A DNA stretch of 64,000 nt from Callorhinchus milii (taxonomy: Eukaryota), in NCBI RefSeq assembly GCF_018977255.1, contig NW_024704750.1, forward strand, positions 2,976,001 through 3,040,000. Reading direction: 5' to 3'. A program made the translations under genes and the position numbers. Below the pieces are notes generated by a model. That model saw nothing but the letters and a program-made list of their open reading frames with translations, did not search any database and was not told the DNA's origin. How positions within the stretch are numbered: the stretch's first letter is position 1; the number at the start of each line of letters is the position of its first letter. This document shows, piece by piece, positions 1 to 11,600 of the stretch.

Positions 1-399
1 TCTCTCGTCTCCGAGACGTCTCAAGGCGCTTCGCGGGAAGATGCTCCAAGTACAGCGACCGCGTCTATCGTGGGGGGGTGGAGGGGTTGGGGGGGGGCGA
101 AACGTGAAACAAGTGCACTTTACCTGGGGAGCCTGAAAACTGAGGAGTTAAAACGCACACAGGTCTGGGTCGCGCTTCAATGGGACTTTAAGGGGGTGAT
201 GGTGGTGGCGGTGATGGCTGTTGTTGTTGTGGTTGTGGACTCCACAGAGGGTTTGACTTGCTTCACCCTCGGGACACTCGAGCCCCACTCGCTTGGTGAG
301 GGCGGGGGCTGCGGTCTGTAACAGGGGGTGGGAGGTCGGGGAGGGGTTGGGGAGGGAGGGGAGTAAGAGAGGAAGGTGTGGGGGGGGGGGGATGAGGAG

Positions 400-577
400 A
401 GGGGGTGTCGGGGACGTGCGGCTCGTGAGGCTCCAACTGGAGAGCTTTGCCGCCCAGACCCTCGCCTCGCGCGGGCGGGCGCGCAGACAGGCCTCAGGCG
501 CCCTTTTTTTTTTCCCCCCTCCCCCTTAAACACCCCCGGGAAGGGGGGGGGGGGAGAGAGAGAGAGAGAGGGAGAGG

Positions 578-608
<31 letters not shown>

Positions 609-1170
609 AGCGCGGACACACAGAGACTCCTTCGCCCGAGAGAGAGAGAGAGAGAGAGGGAGTGAAGAGCTTCAAAAGAAGCCGCGCGGTCGGTGTGTGG
701 GACTCCGCGCCGCCATTGCCGGCGCTCTCCCTCCCGCTCGCCCCGCGTCACGTGTGAGTCAGAGGTCACCGGACTGCACCAACTCCTCGACACCCCCCAC
801 AATCCCCCCCTCTCCGCGCGCAAGAGGCCGTGAATGGGCTGCGCCGGCGTCCGTCCCCCCCCTCACTCCCCCTCACCTCACCTCACGCCTCGAAGAGGAG
901 CGGCGACGACGGAGTGAGAGAGAGTGAGTCAGAGAGAGAGAGAGAGTCAGAGGGGAGAGGCCGCGGCTCCCCAGTCCCGCGAGCGCGGACCCCCCGCCCG
1001 GACCCCACTCCACACGGGCCCCGGGGACACAGAGCTCTAAGGCCCCGATGACCTTCTCCCGCGGCCTTTCCTTCTCTCCTGTCGTCTCCCGAGGGCCGCC
1101 CTCATCGCTCGGGGCCTCTCTCTTCCCCCGGTCTCTCCCCCACCCCCCCGGGAAGGGGAGCCCGAGTGGC
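400..1170. promoter_or_regulatory. CpG-rich, probably bidirectional promoter region upstream of ndufb1
   Basis: High GC and CpG density against a CpG-poor background; YY1-like GCCGCCATT near 708-718; E-box GTCACGTG at 747-754; (GA)n tracts; candidate + strand donor GTGAGT near 924; minus-strand donor AG|GTAAAG at 124/123. Confidence 0.6.
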
Positions 1171-1177
1171 TCAGTGA

Positions 1178-2242
1178 CCCCCCCCCACAGCCTCCCCCCC
1201 ACAGCCTCCCCCCCCCCACAGCCTCCCCCCCTCCCCACAGCCTCCCCCCCTCCCCACAGCCTCCCCCCTCCCCACAGCCTCCCCCCTCCCCACAGCCTCC
1301 CCCCCTCCCCACAGCCTCCCCCCCCCCCACACAGCCTCCCCCCCCCCCACAGCCTCCCCCCCCCCCCACAGGCTCCCCCCCCCCCACAGCCTCCCCCCCC
1401 CACAGCCTCCCCCCCCCCCCACAGCCTCCCCCCCCCCACAGCCTCCCCCCCCCACAGCCTCCCCCCCCCCACAGCCTCCCCCACCAGCCTCCCCCCCCCA
1501 CAGTCTCCCACCCCCCAAAGCCTCCCCCCCCACAGGCTCCCCCCCCCCACAGCCTCCCCCCCCACAGCCCCCCCCCCCCACAGCCTCCCCCCCCCCACAG
1601 CCTCCCCCCCCCCCACAGCCTCCCCCCCCACAGCCTCCCCCCCCCCCCCCCCCCCCCACAGCCTCCCCCCCCCCACAGCCTCCCCCCCCCACAGCCTCCC
1701 CCCCCCCACAGCCTCCCCCCCCCCCACAGCCTCCCCCCCCCCACAGCCTCCCCCCCCACAGCCTCCCCCCCCCCACAGCCTCCCCCCCCCCCACAGCCTC
1801 CCCCCCCCCCACAGCCTCCCCCCCCACAGCCTCCCCCCCCCACAGCCTCCCCCCCCCCACAGCCTCCCCCCCCCACAGCCTCCCCCCCCCACAGCCTCCC
1901 CCCCCCCACAGCCTCCCCCCCCCCCACAGCCTCCCCCCCACAGCCTCCCCCCCCCCCAGCCCCCCCCCCCACAGCCTCCCCCCCCCACAGCCTCCCCCCC
2001 CCCCACAGCCTCCCCCCCCACAGCCTCCCCCCCCCCCACAGCCTCCCCCCCCCCCCACAGCCTCCCCCCCCCCACAGCCTCCCCCCCCCCCACAGCCTCC
2101 CCCCCCACAGCCTCCCCCCCCCACAGCCTCCCCTCCCCCACAGCCTCCCCCCCCCACAGCCTCCCCCCCCCCACAGCCTCCCCCCCCCACAGCCTCCCCC
2201 CCACAGCCTCCCACCCCCACAGCCTCCCCCCCCACAGCCTCC
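1178..2242. repeat. C-rich minisatellite (Cn-ACAGCCT)n, G-rich on the minus strand
   Basis: Dozens of tandem ACAGCCT cores separated by variable C runs; source of the spurious Gly/Pro ORFs. Confidence 0.95.
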
Positions 2243-3189
2243 CCTCCTCCCTTCAGATAGCGCCTGGCTGCTTGGGGCAACTTCTGGAGATGAATCCGGA
2301 GCCGAGAGCCTCGGGCCAGACATCATCATCATCATAACCTCGCATCTGATATAACGCCGTATCAGGCCTTCGAGACGTCTCAGAGCGCTTCGCAGGATAT
2401 GCTGTAAAGTGGAGTGACTGTGCCATTGCCCAGTGGAACTGAGCCGCAACACAACCGCTCACAACTGACCCCAAGTTCCGTTGTTACTTGGGATCTCAGC
2501 CGGGACGGCAATATAAAAAAAGAGTGTCCTTCTTAGCTTTGACCTCTCGGGGCTGGAGATTGAGTGGAATCATCCAGGAATCGTCCCAAATACTGATCGC
2601 CTTCCAGTGACTGATCACCCTCTGCATTGAGGGGGGGTGGGGGTTGGCTAATGTGTTACCTGTGTTATTTTCGCTGGTAAACATTGTAATGAAGAGTTAC
2701 AGCCATACTGCTGCTGCCCTGGTTGAGATCAGTTAATTCAGTGTCGACTGGGAAATCAACTCAAGATCTTTTTGGTCTGTGGGTGTCAGTTCACCTTTCG
2801 GCAGTGGGCGTACCGGCTGGGTCAGCTGTTGCCCACAAAATACACGGTCAATTCACTTTACTGTATATTCCGTGAAGCGCTTTTGAGACATCTCAACGAC
2901 ATGATAAGGCTCTATTATCAAAAGCGAGCGTTATTATCAGAACTGGGTAGACACCCAATCTCTTTGATCGCTACTAAGTGTTTTCTGGACGCGTGTAAAA
3001 ATCAGTGGTTCAGTTCTACTTTAACTTGTAAATCTGGTGGGCGAGAGGAATGTTTCATCATCTGATTTACTTGGAGTATATGATTTTTACACTAATTTGA
3101 TGCTTACCAAAAATTTTAATAGCATGACTTGTTTAGTTCAGGTAAAAGTTTGTGTTTGATAATTCTTCGTTGGTTTTCCTCCCTTCAGC

Positions 3190-3329
3190 ATGGTGAACCT
3201 GGTTAGCTTTGCACGGGAACACTGGGTCAATATCCTTGTTCCCCTGGGTTTTCTACTTGGTTGCTATTTTGACAGAAGGAATGATGCAAAATTTACTGAC
3301 TTCAGAAATAAAAGCTTGTTGTACAGACG
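3190..3329 (+). CDS. ndufb1: ndufb1 first coding exon
   Basis: ATG at 3190 to CG|GTGAGT donor. Confidence 0.93.
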
Positions 3330-3845
3330 GTGAGTAGTGGAATAGTATATAGACCTACATTTTCTTGTTTAATTCATATGGCATTATTTACAAATTAATT
3401 TTGGAGGCTGCAAAATGCATTAATATTTTAATATAACAAAATATATAATAATAATAATCCTTGCATTTGATATAGCGCTTTTTACATCTTCTAGATGTCT
3501 CAAAGCGCTTCACAAAATATGTTGTAAAAATAATACATCAGTTCCCTTTCTTGGCACTTATTTGGCAGTGGCAGTGTACTGAGAAATGTCTTAAATTGCA
3601 AAATATTTGTTATTTGAAATGTAAGATTGGTTTTTAAAAACTTAAAAAAAGTGAAATGCTTTTGGCATTTTTATTTGCAATATTTCATTCTTTTTATTTC
3701 AATTAAATATGCTTCTGCTATATGTGAGTAAATGGGGTCAATTCAAATTAACTACTGCAATAGAACAGTTGTATGTTTTAATCAGTCATATTATTTCTTT
3801 ATTTTCAGAGAATTGAGACCAGATGAAGAAACTACATGGAAGTAA
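3190..3845 (+). CDS. ndufb1: NADH:ubiquinone oxidoreductase subunit B1 (58 aa), join(3190..3329,3809..3845)
   Basis: Manual translation MVNLVSFAREHWVNILVPLGFLLGCYFDRRNDAKFTDFRNKSLLYRR/ELRPDEETTWK* matches the vertebrate NDUFB1 pattern and length; acceptor cccttcag just before the ATG, GTGAGT donor, ttttcag acceptor. Confidence 0.95.
3809..3845 (+). CDS. ndufb1: ndufb1 last coding exon
   Basis: ttttcag|A GAA TTG AGA...TGG AAG TAA (ELRPDEETTWK*). Confidence 0.93.
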
Positions 3846-4101
3846 AATGACAAATCCACTGGAAATGAAGCTTGCTTACATTAAAAGAAATCAGGCTCTA
3901 AGTTAGTTCTTGGCCTTGTCAAATTTCCAGCTAGCTACCATATTTAATGAGTTTCTTTGAATACTGGTTTTCTTTCTAACATGGGATTTGGCATCAAAAC
4001 ATCACACAACATTTATTAAGTACAAAATTAAAATGTATCTATTCATTATTACAGCATTTACTGTTTAAGAAACTGATGTACAGAAGTATTATGTCAGACC
4101 T

Positions 4102-4107
4102 AATAAA
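4102..4107 (+). terminator. candidate ndufb1 polyadenylation signal AATAAA
   Basis: Canonical hexamer ~255 nt after the stop, followed by a T/GT-rich tract. Confidence 0.6.
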
Positions 4108-5303
4108 CGCATTAGTAATTTGTTTGAATTGTTACTTTGATTGTGAATTTTCATTCATATTTTAATGAATGCCCAGCATGAATATCTAACACGCGACAGA
4201 ATGTGAATGCACTCGTAGTCCTTTCCCACCCCTCTTATTCTGGAATGGGATATGGTAGAGATAGAAAAAATAAAGTGGCGAAGAGGTGCAATATTTATGT
4301 TCCAGGATTCATCATTCATTTGTCTGAACACTAACTTGCCTCTTCAATATAAATTCTTCAGCAGAATATTAAACTTCAAAATATCATCAAAAGGTCAGTT
4401 GTGCCCTGCTGTCACCCTGAATGACTTCCGACTAATTTGAAGCAGAGTGAAATTTGAATCTGGGTGCTTCCCAGTCTATTTTATGGCAGGCTTGCTCACT
4501 TCATAAACTTGCTGAGCCGACAATGTTTTATTCAAGTTAAAAAAAAAAAATGAGATGAAAGAACAAACATCCTGTGCAGAATTACTCATCAGACACACCT
4601 ACGCATTCTACGAAAATTGCACGGCCAGAAACTTATTGGAAATGTACATGAATGTACCTGCCTGACAACTCTGAACTGGCTTTACGACGCTGAAAGTGTT
4701 CAGTGCTGGATATAGCAGCCTGCGAAGCTGTGGCATTGACTGCACTAGTCCAGCATCAGTTGCTCTGCCCCGCTTGCACCCGTATGGCACAGATCTTGCA
4801 TAGATGGGAATGGTTCTGCCCACACACACTTCAAAACTGGCACAGCTCTCCGAAGAGCTTGGCATCAGAAACAGGAGGAGGCCATTCAGCCCGTCGAGCC
4901 TGTTCCACCATTCTCGGTGGTGGAACAGGCTCGGCCACGGCTGATCCGCTGGTTAGTTCAGTGCCGTCATTGCAAGGGTAGCGTTGCTTTCAGGTCAGGA
5001 GGACGTCACAAAATAATCCTTGCATTTGATACAGCGCCATATCAGGTCTTCGGGACGTCTGAACGCGCTTCACGGGATACGCTAAAGTGAATTGATTGTA
5101 TGGGCGAAACGTCCAACAGCAACAACAACAACAACTTGGATTTGCATAGCGCCCTCCGCGCCTCAGAGCCTTTAAACATGGCAGCCGATCGTGCGCAGCG
5201 TCGTGGATTGACCCCTGAGCAACAGGACTCCACTGCCTGGCGTGACCCAACTGCCAGTCCGCGGCTCAGCGGGTCAGTGCCTGAGTCCTGCCGCAGCCGG
5301 CCA

Positions 5304-5447
5304 CGCCCCGCCCCCCCGGCCCCCTCGCCCCGCCCCCCCGGCCCCCTCGCCCCGCCCCCCCGGACCCCTCGCCCCGCCCCCCCGGCCCCCTCGCCCCGCC
5401 CCCCCGGCCCCCTCGCCCCGCCCCCCCACCCCCCTCGCCCCGCCCCC
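5304..5447. repeat. 22-bp GC-box minisatellite (CGCCCCGCCCCCCCGGCCCCCT), ~6.5 copies, in the atxn3 promoter
   Basis: Units start at 5304, 5326, 5348, 5370, 5392, 5414 and 5436 (partial). Confidence 0.9.
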
Positions 5448-5469
5448 TGCCCTGGCGGCTCTGCTCTGT

Positions 5470-5587
5470 TGTTGACGTACTGAGGACGGGGGCGGGGCGG
5501 GTGCTGAGCGCTGATTGGTTGAGAGGCGGTGACGGCCGCGCGGGGGGGCGGAGCCAGGCCGCGGTGCAGGCTGGTCTATTGTCCATC
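5470..5587 (+). promoter_or_regulatory. atxn3 TATA-less proximal promoter and short 5' UTR
   Basis: TGACGT near 5473, GGGGCGGGGCGGG at about 5488-5500, inverted CCAAT (CTGATTGGTT) at 5511-5520; CpG-rich and directly upstream of the ATG. Confidence 0.7.
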
Positions 5588-5611
5588 ATGGAGGCCATAT
5601 TTCACGAGAAA
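5588..5611 (+). CDS. atxn3: atxn3 exon 1 (MEAIFHEK)
   Basis: ATG at 5588; AAA|GTGAGT donor. Confidence 0.93.
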
Positions 5612-8600
5612 GTGAGTTAAAAAGGCGGAAAGGGAATAAAAGCGCGGGGCCGGGCCTGTGGGGGGGGGGGGACCTGCGGCGGTTGGTGCCCTGAGGGTTT
5701 GGGGTGGGAAGGAGGCCTCTCCCCCTCCCTCCCCTCCGGGGCCGCAGCGACACGGGCCGGTCCCCGAGGGCGGCCCTGACCGACCGCAACACGCCCCGGG
5801 CTGTGCCGGGCCAGGCTTCCAGCCGGCATGGCGCCCGAATTTCAGGGCTTCAGCCCATGACCAGGGTTTGGGGGTTCAGGGGAGGGGGAGAGAGAGAGAG
5901 ACACACACAGACGAGAGAGACAGGAAGAGACAGAAGGGGGAGAGAGAGGTGGGGGGAAGAGACAGGTGCGAAAGAGAGAGGGGGGAAAGGGAGAGGTGGG
6001 GGGGGGAAAGGGAGAGGTGGGGGGGGAAAGGGAGAGGTGGGGGGGGAAAGGGAGAGGTGGGGGGGGGAGAGCGAGAGAGAGGTGGGGGGGGAGAGCGAGA
6101 GAGAGGTGGGGGGGGAGAGCGAGAGAGAGGTGGGGAGGGGAGAGCGAGAGAGAGGTGGGGAGGGGAGAGCGAGAGAGAGGTGGGGAGGGGAGAGCGAGAG
6201 AGAGGTGGGGGGGAGAGAGGGAGAGGTGGGGGGGGGGGGAGAGAGGGAGAGGTGGGGGGGAGAGAGAGGGAGAGGTGGGGGGGGAGAGAGAGGGAGAAGT
6301 GGGGGGAGAGAGATGGAGGGTGGGGGGGAGAGAGAGAGAGAGGTGGAGGGGGGAGAGAGAGAGAGAGGTGGGGGGGGAGAGCGAGAGAGAGGTGGGGGGG
6401 GGGAGAGTGAGAGAGGTGGGGGGGGGGAGAGTGAGAGAGGTGGGGGGGAGAGAGTGAGAGAGGTGGGGAGGGGAGAGCGAGAGAGAGGTGGGGAGGGGAG
6501 AGCGAGAGAGAGGTGGGGAGGGGAGAGCGAGGGAGAGGTGGGGGGGAGAGAGGGAGAGGTGGGGGGGGAGAGAGAGGGAGAGGTGGGGGGGAGAGAGAGG
6601 AGAAGTGGGGGGGAGAGAGAGGGAGAGGTGGGGGGAGAGAGAGAGAGAGGTGGGGGGGGGAGAGAGAGGTGGGGGGGGGAGAGAGGTGGGGGGGGGAGAG
6701 AGGGAGGCAGGGACTCGCCCTCTCCGCCGCCCACAGTAACACTGAGGGCAGTAACTCTGTGCGCTCAACCCCTGCCAGGTGGTGTTGGCTTGTTGGTGCT
6801 GCTGCCGTGACCAGGCTTTGGGGGTGAAGATGGGAGAGAGGGAGGGAGGGAAGGAAGGAAGGAAGGTGGGAGGGAGGGAATTGACCCACAGCCATATCGG
6901 TGACTGTAAATCAACCCTCCCAGGTGTTCTTGACTTGCAGATGAGCCCCAGGTGTTGTTTAGCTGCTTTCGTTTTTTTTCGTTCAAACCTGCCCCATCTC
7001 GACTCCATTTTAGGGGTTGTGGTAATGGTCGCTGTGCAATGCGCAGCGAATAAGCTTGTCCAGCGAAAACAATGGGAACAACATCATCACATCGTATTTG
7101 TGTAGTGCCTTTCATGCGGGGTGGTGTCTCGGAGAACTTGTCGCCAATAACAGTGGCCTGAGCATTGCCCCCATTTGTTAGGGCTTTTGGTTTCCATCGT
7201 TAAAAGTTTCACAGACTGCTTAACCCACCAGCAGTCCCTTAGAGATAACTGTGGAACTACCCAGCGTTGAAGTCTGTGGAAATGTTTATCTATCATTCAG
7301 TGTAGTTGGTGGTGGAGCGGGGGGGGGGGGGATATTATTCTGCATTTCCTAAGTTTTGGAAAATGAGTGTGGGAATTTGGCGAGGAAAGCTTTGTATTTT
7401 GTGTAAACTTTGATTCATTGATTTTGTTGTTTACAAAAGTGAAACTGGAAAGTTGAAGATATTGCCTAAGTTCCATTTGTTTATCTGCAATACAACCCCA
7501 ATTTAGATTTGTCCTCCACTTTGCTTTATTACATAATTGCAGTGAAAATCCCTGACAGTTGCATAACGTGTTTACTGTTCTTGCCTCTTACCCCAGGATT
7601 TTTGTCACAAGTCTGCCATATAGCAATTACTGCCAGAGGGTGCTGTTTTCCCAGTAAAATGTCTTCTTCCCATCATATGTTCTTGTTGTGATCTTGCAGT
7701 ACACTACTTCCACATCCTGTTTTATGATTTAAAATCCATAATTCCTCTTCATTGGATACAAAGGCATCCCAGTTGCAAAGATACAAAACTGCCCAACATC
7801 GTACACCAATTGGAGATTGCCTTTCATGTCAAGAGGATGTGTTGGATTTACTGTGAAATAGAGTGACTGTATTTGTGGGTGAATAAGGCAGTCCATGTTG
7901 TGCACAGCAATGTCCCACACACAGCTGTGAAATGAATGACCCCTAATTTTATTACGGGAGATTGTTGACCAGGACACTGGGAGAAGCTCCCCTATATTTT
8001 TCAATAGTGCTGTGGGATTTGTAACTTCCACCTGAATAAGCAGCCAGGACCTTACCCTAGAATGTGACTTCATGTGCAATGGGGCTTCAACCCACAATGT
8101 TCATACCAATCAACCTAGCCGAAATGGCTTGTAAACATCCTCTCCTGCCGACAGCTTTTGTGAACAGTGTATACTTAGTGAAAGTGCTAAAAAAAAAATC
8201 TGTATAAGAATTGTATAAAATATGCTGTTGGAGAATATGCTGATGATATATATGGGCAGTAAATGCTCTGATCGATAAAAGCGAACTCAATCCAGAATTT
8301 GTTGCAATCCATTAGCATTGCTAACATTGTTAGGACTCTGCCAATGTCATTCTAATTTGTTTACCAGGAAGTGCATAAGTAGGTGGGTGACCTCTCTCTG
8401 TTGAAAGATACTAAATTTCTGCTCAGAACTCAAGCCCTCGAAATGTTTCCTGTGTAGACAAAGCCGTGTTATTAATCAACAATAACAACTTCCACTTATA
8501 TAGCATCCTCCACGCAGCGTCTCAGAGCGCTTAACAGTGGCGGAGCCTGACTCCCGGAGGTGGGGGGGGGGGAGTTGACCGTAAGTAAGCACGGTCGAAA

Positions 8601-11600
8601 ACTAAGGCATTGTGCATTAACTTGTGGCATTGTGCATTAGTACATTGTTTCAAAATGCAATGGATTCCTTCGTTGTAAATTCCGCAACCTTGACGGTTGT
8701 GAAATAGCACAACGACAATTTAATGCACATTGTTTTTTGGTTGATTATAATCAAGATACCATGTAACCATGAGCCTGACCAAGTCAGTGCTCCACATATC
8801 ACATTTGCATCACTTCCCTTGTGCCTGTCTGGATTAGTGCATTTTTCTATTTTCTTTACTTTTTTTTTGGTGATGGGGGGCATATTTTTATATATCTATT
8901 CCAGTTCATATTTGTTTGTTTTGTATTTTTTTTCTTGTTCTTGGCTACAATTTGTGTACATGAAAATGAGCACAGGACATGAACACAGTACTACACTTGG
9001 AAGGGCTGAATACATGTATCATGCACACTCTTAGTGAAAGGATTTGAAAATGTTCCAGATTCGTTTCTGTTTCACTAAATATAAATGAGATTTCTTTTCA
9101 TTCGCAAGAATTTTGTACAAAATGCAAATAATGATTTTGATGAACTTTTTGCTACGCTTGATTCCACAGCAAGAAGGGTCCCTCTGTGCTCAGCATTGTC
9201 TCAACAATTTGCTACAGGGAGAGTACTTTAGTCCTGTAGAGCTCTCTTCAATTGCACAGCAGTTAGATGAAGAGGAACGGGCGAGAATGGCAGAGGGAGG
9301 AACTGCAACAGAGGAATATAAAATATTTTTACAGGTAAATGATGATTTGCTTCCCTTAAATAGATGTAAAGTTCTGGGATTTTGTTTCTCCAAACACGAC
9401 TAAGAAATTATTGCCTCCAAAGCCCTCCACGGCCTTGCTCCTTCCTACCTCTGTGACCTGCTAACACCATAATGAACCGTCCACTCCCTCCGCTCAGCAG
9501 ACTCGGTCCTGCCTCGCTTACCCCGCCTGACCCGCCCCACCATCAGCGGGCGAACCTTCAGTCTCTCTGCCCCCACCTTCTGGAACTCTATCCCACGGTC
9601 CCTATGCCTTGCTCCTTCCCTTGCCACCTTAAAGGCGTGTCTCAAGACCCTCCTCTTTGACCACACCTTCACTCACCCTCCTACCGCTACCCTCCCAGCC
9701 ATCCACCCCTCTTGATCCCAACGCCCTGCTCGGGTGCAAATCCCTGAATGTCCGGCACCTTGGGACGTCCTCCCAACGTGAAAGGTGCTATACAGATGTA
9801 ATTTGTTGTTGTTATCACAGAGTTGAGATGTCTCAAAACGCTTCACAGGATAAACCGTAAACTGAATGGACTGTATTTTGTGGGTGAAACGTGGCAGCAA
9901 TTGCGCACAGCATTGTCTCACAAATTGTCATTTAATGAGTGACAAATTCTATTTGGGGCTTGTTGGCCCGGACACCAGGAGCAACTCCCTTCTCTTTTCC
10001 AATACTACCATGGGATTCTTAACATCCACCTGAACAGGCAGCCAAGATCTTGGTTTAACATCTCGTCCGAAGGTTTTATTCACCCCCCCCCCCCCCCAAT
10101 TACTTTGGCAAATGATGGACTGTACTCACATGCCTCAAATTGTAGGTGGTAACTGCTACAAAGCCCAATGCTGAACAAGTTAAATTTTACTGAATCTGAA
10201 ATCAATAAATCAAATTATATTATGCCAAAGGTGTTTTACGTCCAACTGTTTTATAAAATGTTTCACAATTACCAGCAAATGAATTCCTTTAAACATAAGC
10301 AGGAGTTTTAACATTCCACCAAGTACCATCTTGACTTTTATTTAGCTTTTTTTTCTCAACACAGCAACCTTCAGGGAACATGGATGACAGTGGTTTCTTT
10401 TCAATTCAAGTAAGTGTTTTTAATCTCTTCAACCTGTTACTTTTATTAGCTTTTAAAAAAAATGCTTACTTTAACCCTTTCCTTCACCCGAAATAAAGAT
10501 TGGAAACTATACTTGTTTTTCATGATCTTTTAGTTCCCTTTAGTGGTTATTGTTTAAGATTACAGTATAAGAAACAAGTAGGTTCAGCAGTTGCTTGCTT
10601 TAATGTAGTTGCCTGATGTTCCAGGCTTCATTTTGTTTTGCTTATCCGTTGCCATTATTTTACCTTTTCTTAAAAATAAATCTCTTCATTTCCTCCTGCT
10701 TCAGCGGATAGTCACGTTCAGTTCTCAGGCCATTGCTTCACAATAAACTGACCACCTGCTTGTCTGCTAAGGAAAAATTTGCAGAATTTGGATCACTGAT
10801 CCTAGATTTCAGTTATAAACTACAAATAGATATAAAGACACAACTTCTCCCAATTGTAGAAGTGTTAAATATTAAATTCGAATAACAATTATAGAATCGA
10901 ATTTTAAAAAAAAATCACTTGTGAATTATAATTGTCGGAGACTATGCAGACACCACACATTTTTAAGGTTGCCTAAAATCAAAAATTAAATTCACTAAAA
11001 AAAATCCATTAATTGTACATATATGAGAGGTGTTTGCCACATTCTATAATCTTTAAGCAGGAATTGTTTGTGGTTGGATTTTTTTAAAAACAAATATGCT
11101 TCCACTTGCTAAGCAGAAGAATAATTTGTTTGACGTTGACTGATAAAACTAAGATGTAAGTGTGAGTGGAAGAAGTGATCAATAATGGTTTTGACAGTTT
11201 TATTAAAAAATAGTTATCCACCTAATCTATAAAAAAGAGTCAATGGTCATATGTTTTTGGGGCAGCAATTAGTTTCTTTTTGATCTCTTGTTTTCTGTAA
11301 GTGCATAATCTGAGAAGCAATGACGGGCTATTTATGCAATTTATTGCAGTGCATTATGATAGCATTAGATGGTGCCAGAGAGTGTTAGTGAGGAGAAATG
11401 AGGGCAGGTCAATACATCCTGGCAGCTGGGGTAAAGAGAGCATTGGTTCGGGCTTGGGGACAGTCAGATTCACATGGTATTTGGCTGGAAAATCAAGGAA
11501 AAGGGGGGAAGAACGTAAAGGAAGAGTTTTATCCTTAAAGAAAAGAATTGTTCAACATAACTAGACAATGAACTAGTTCCTAAGCTAAAAGGATTCAGAG

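Noticed and set aside
177-533. 118-aa minus-strand ORF with a Thr run
   Set aside because: Low complexity, no recognisable homology, and it stops before the nearby splice donor; more likely 5' UTR.
873-2452. Long Gly-rich and Pro-rich ORFs (369-471 aa)
   Set aside because: Translations of a stop-free minisatellite, open in several frames on both strands.
1178-6705. CRISPR-like or prokaryotic defence arrays
   Set aside because: The repeats have no unique spacers, no cas genes are present, and the DNA is spliced vertebrate sequence.
5658-7008. Overlapping 250-388 aa GER-rich and PSL-rich ORFs
   Set aside because: Polypurine tandem repeat in atxn3 intron 1.
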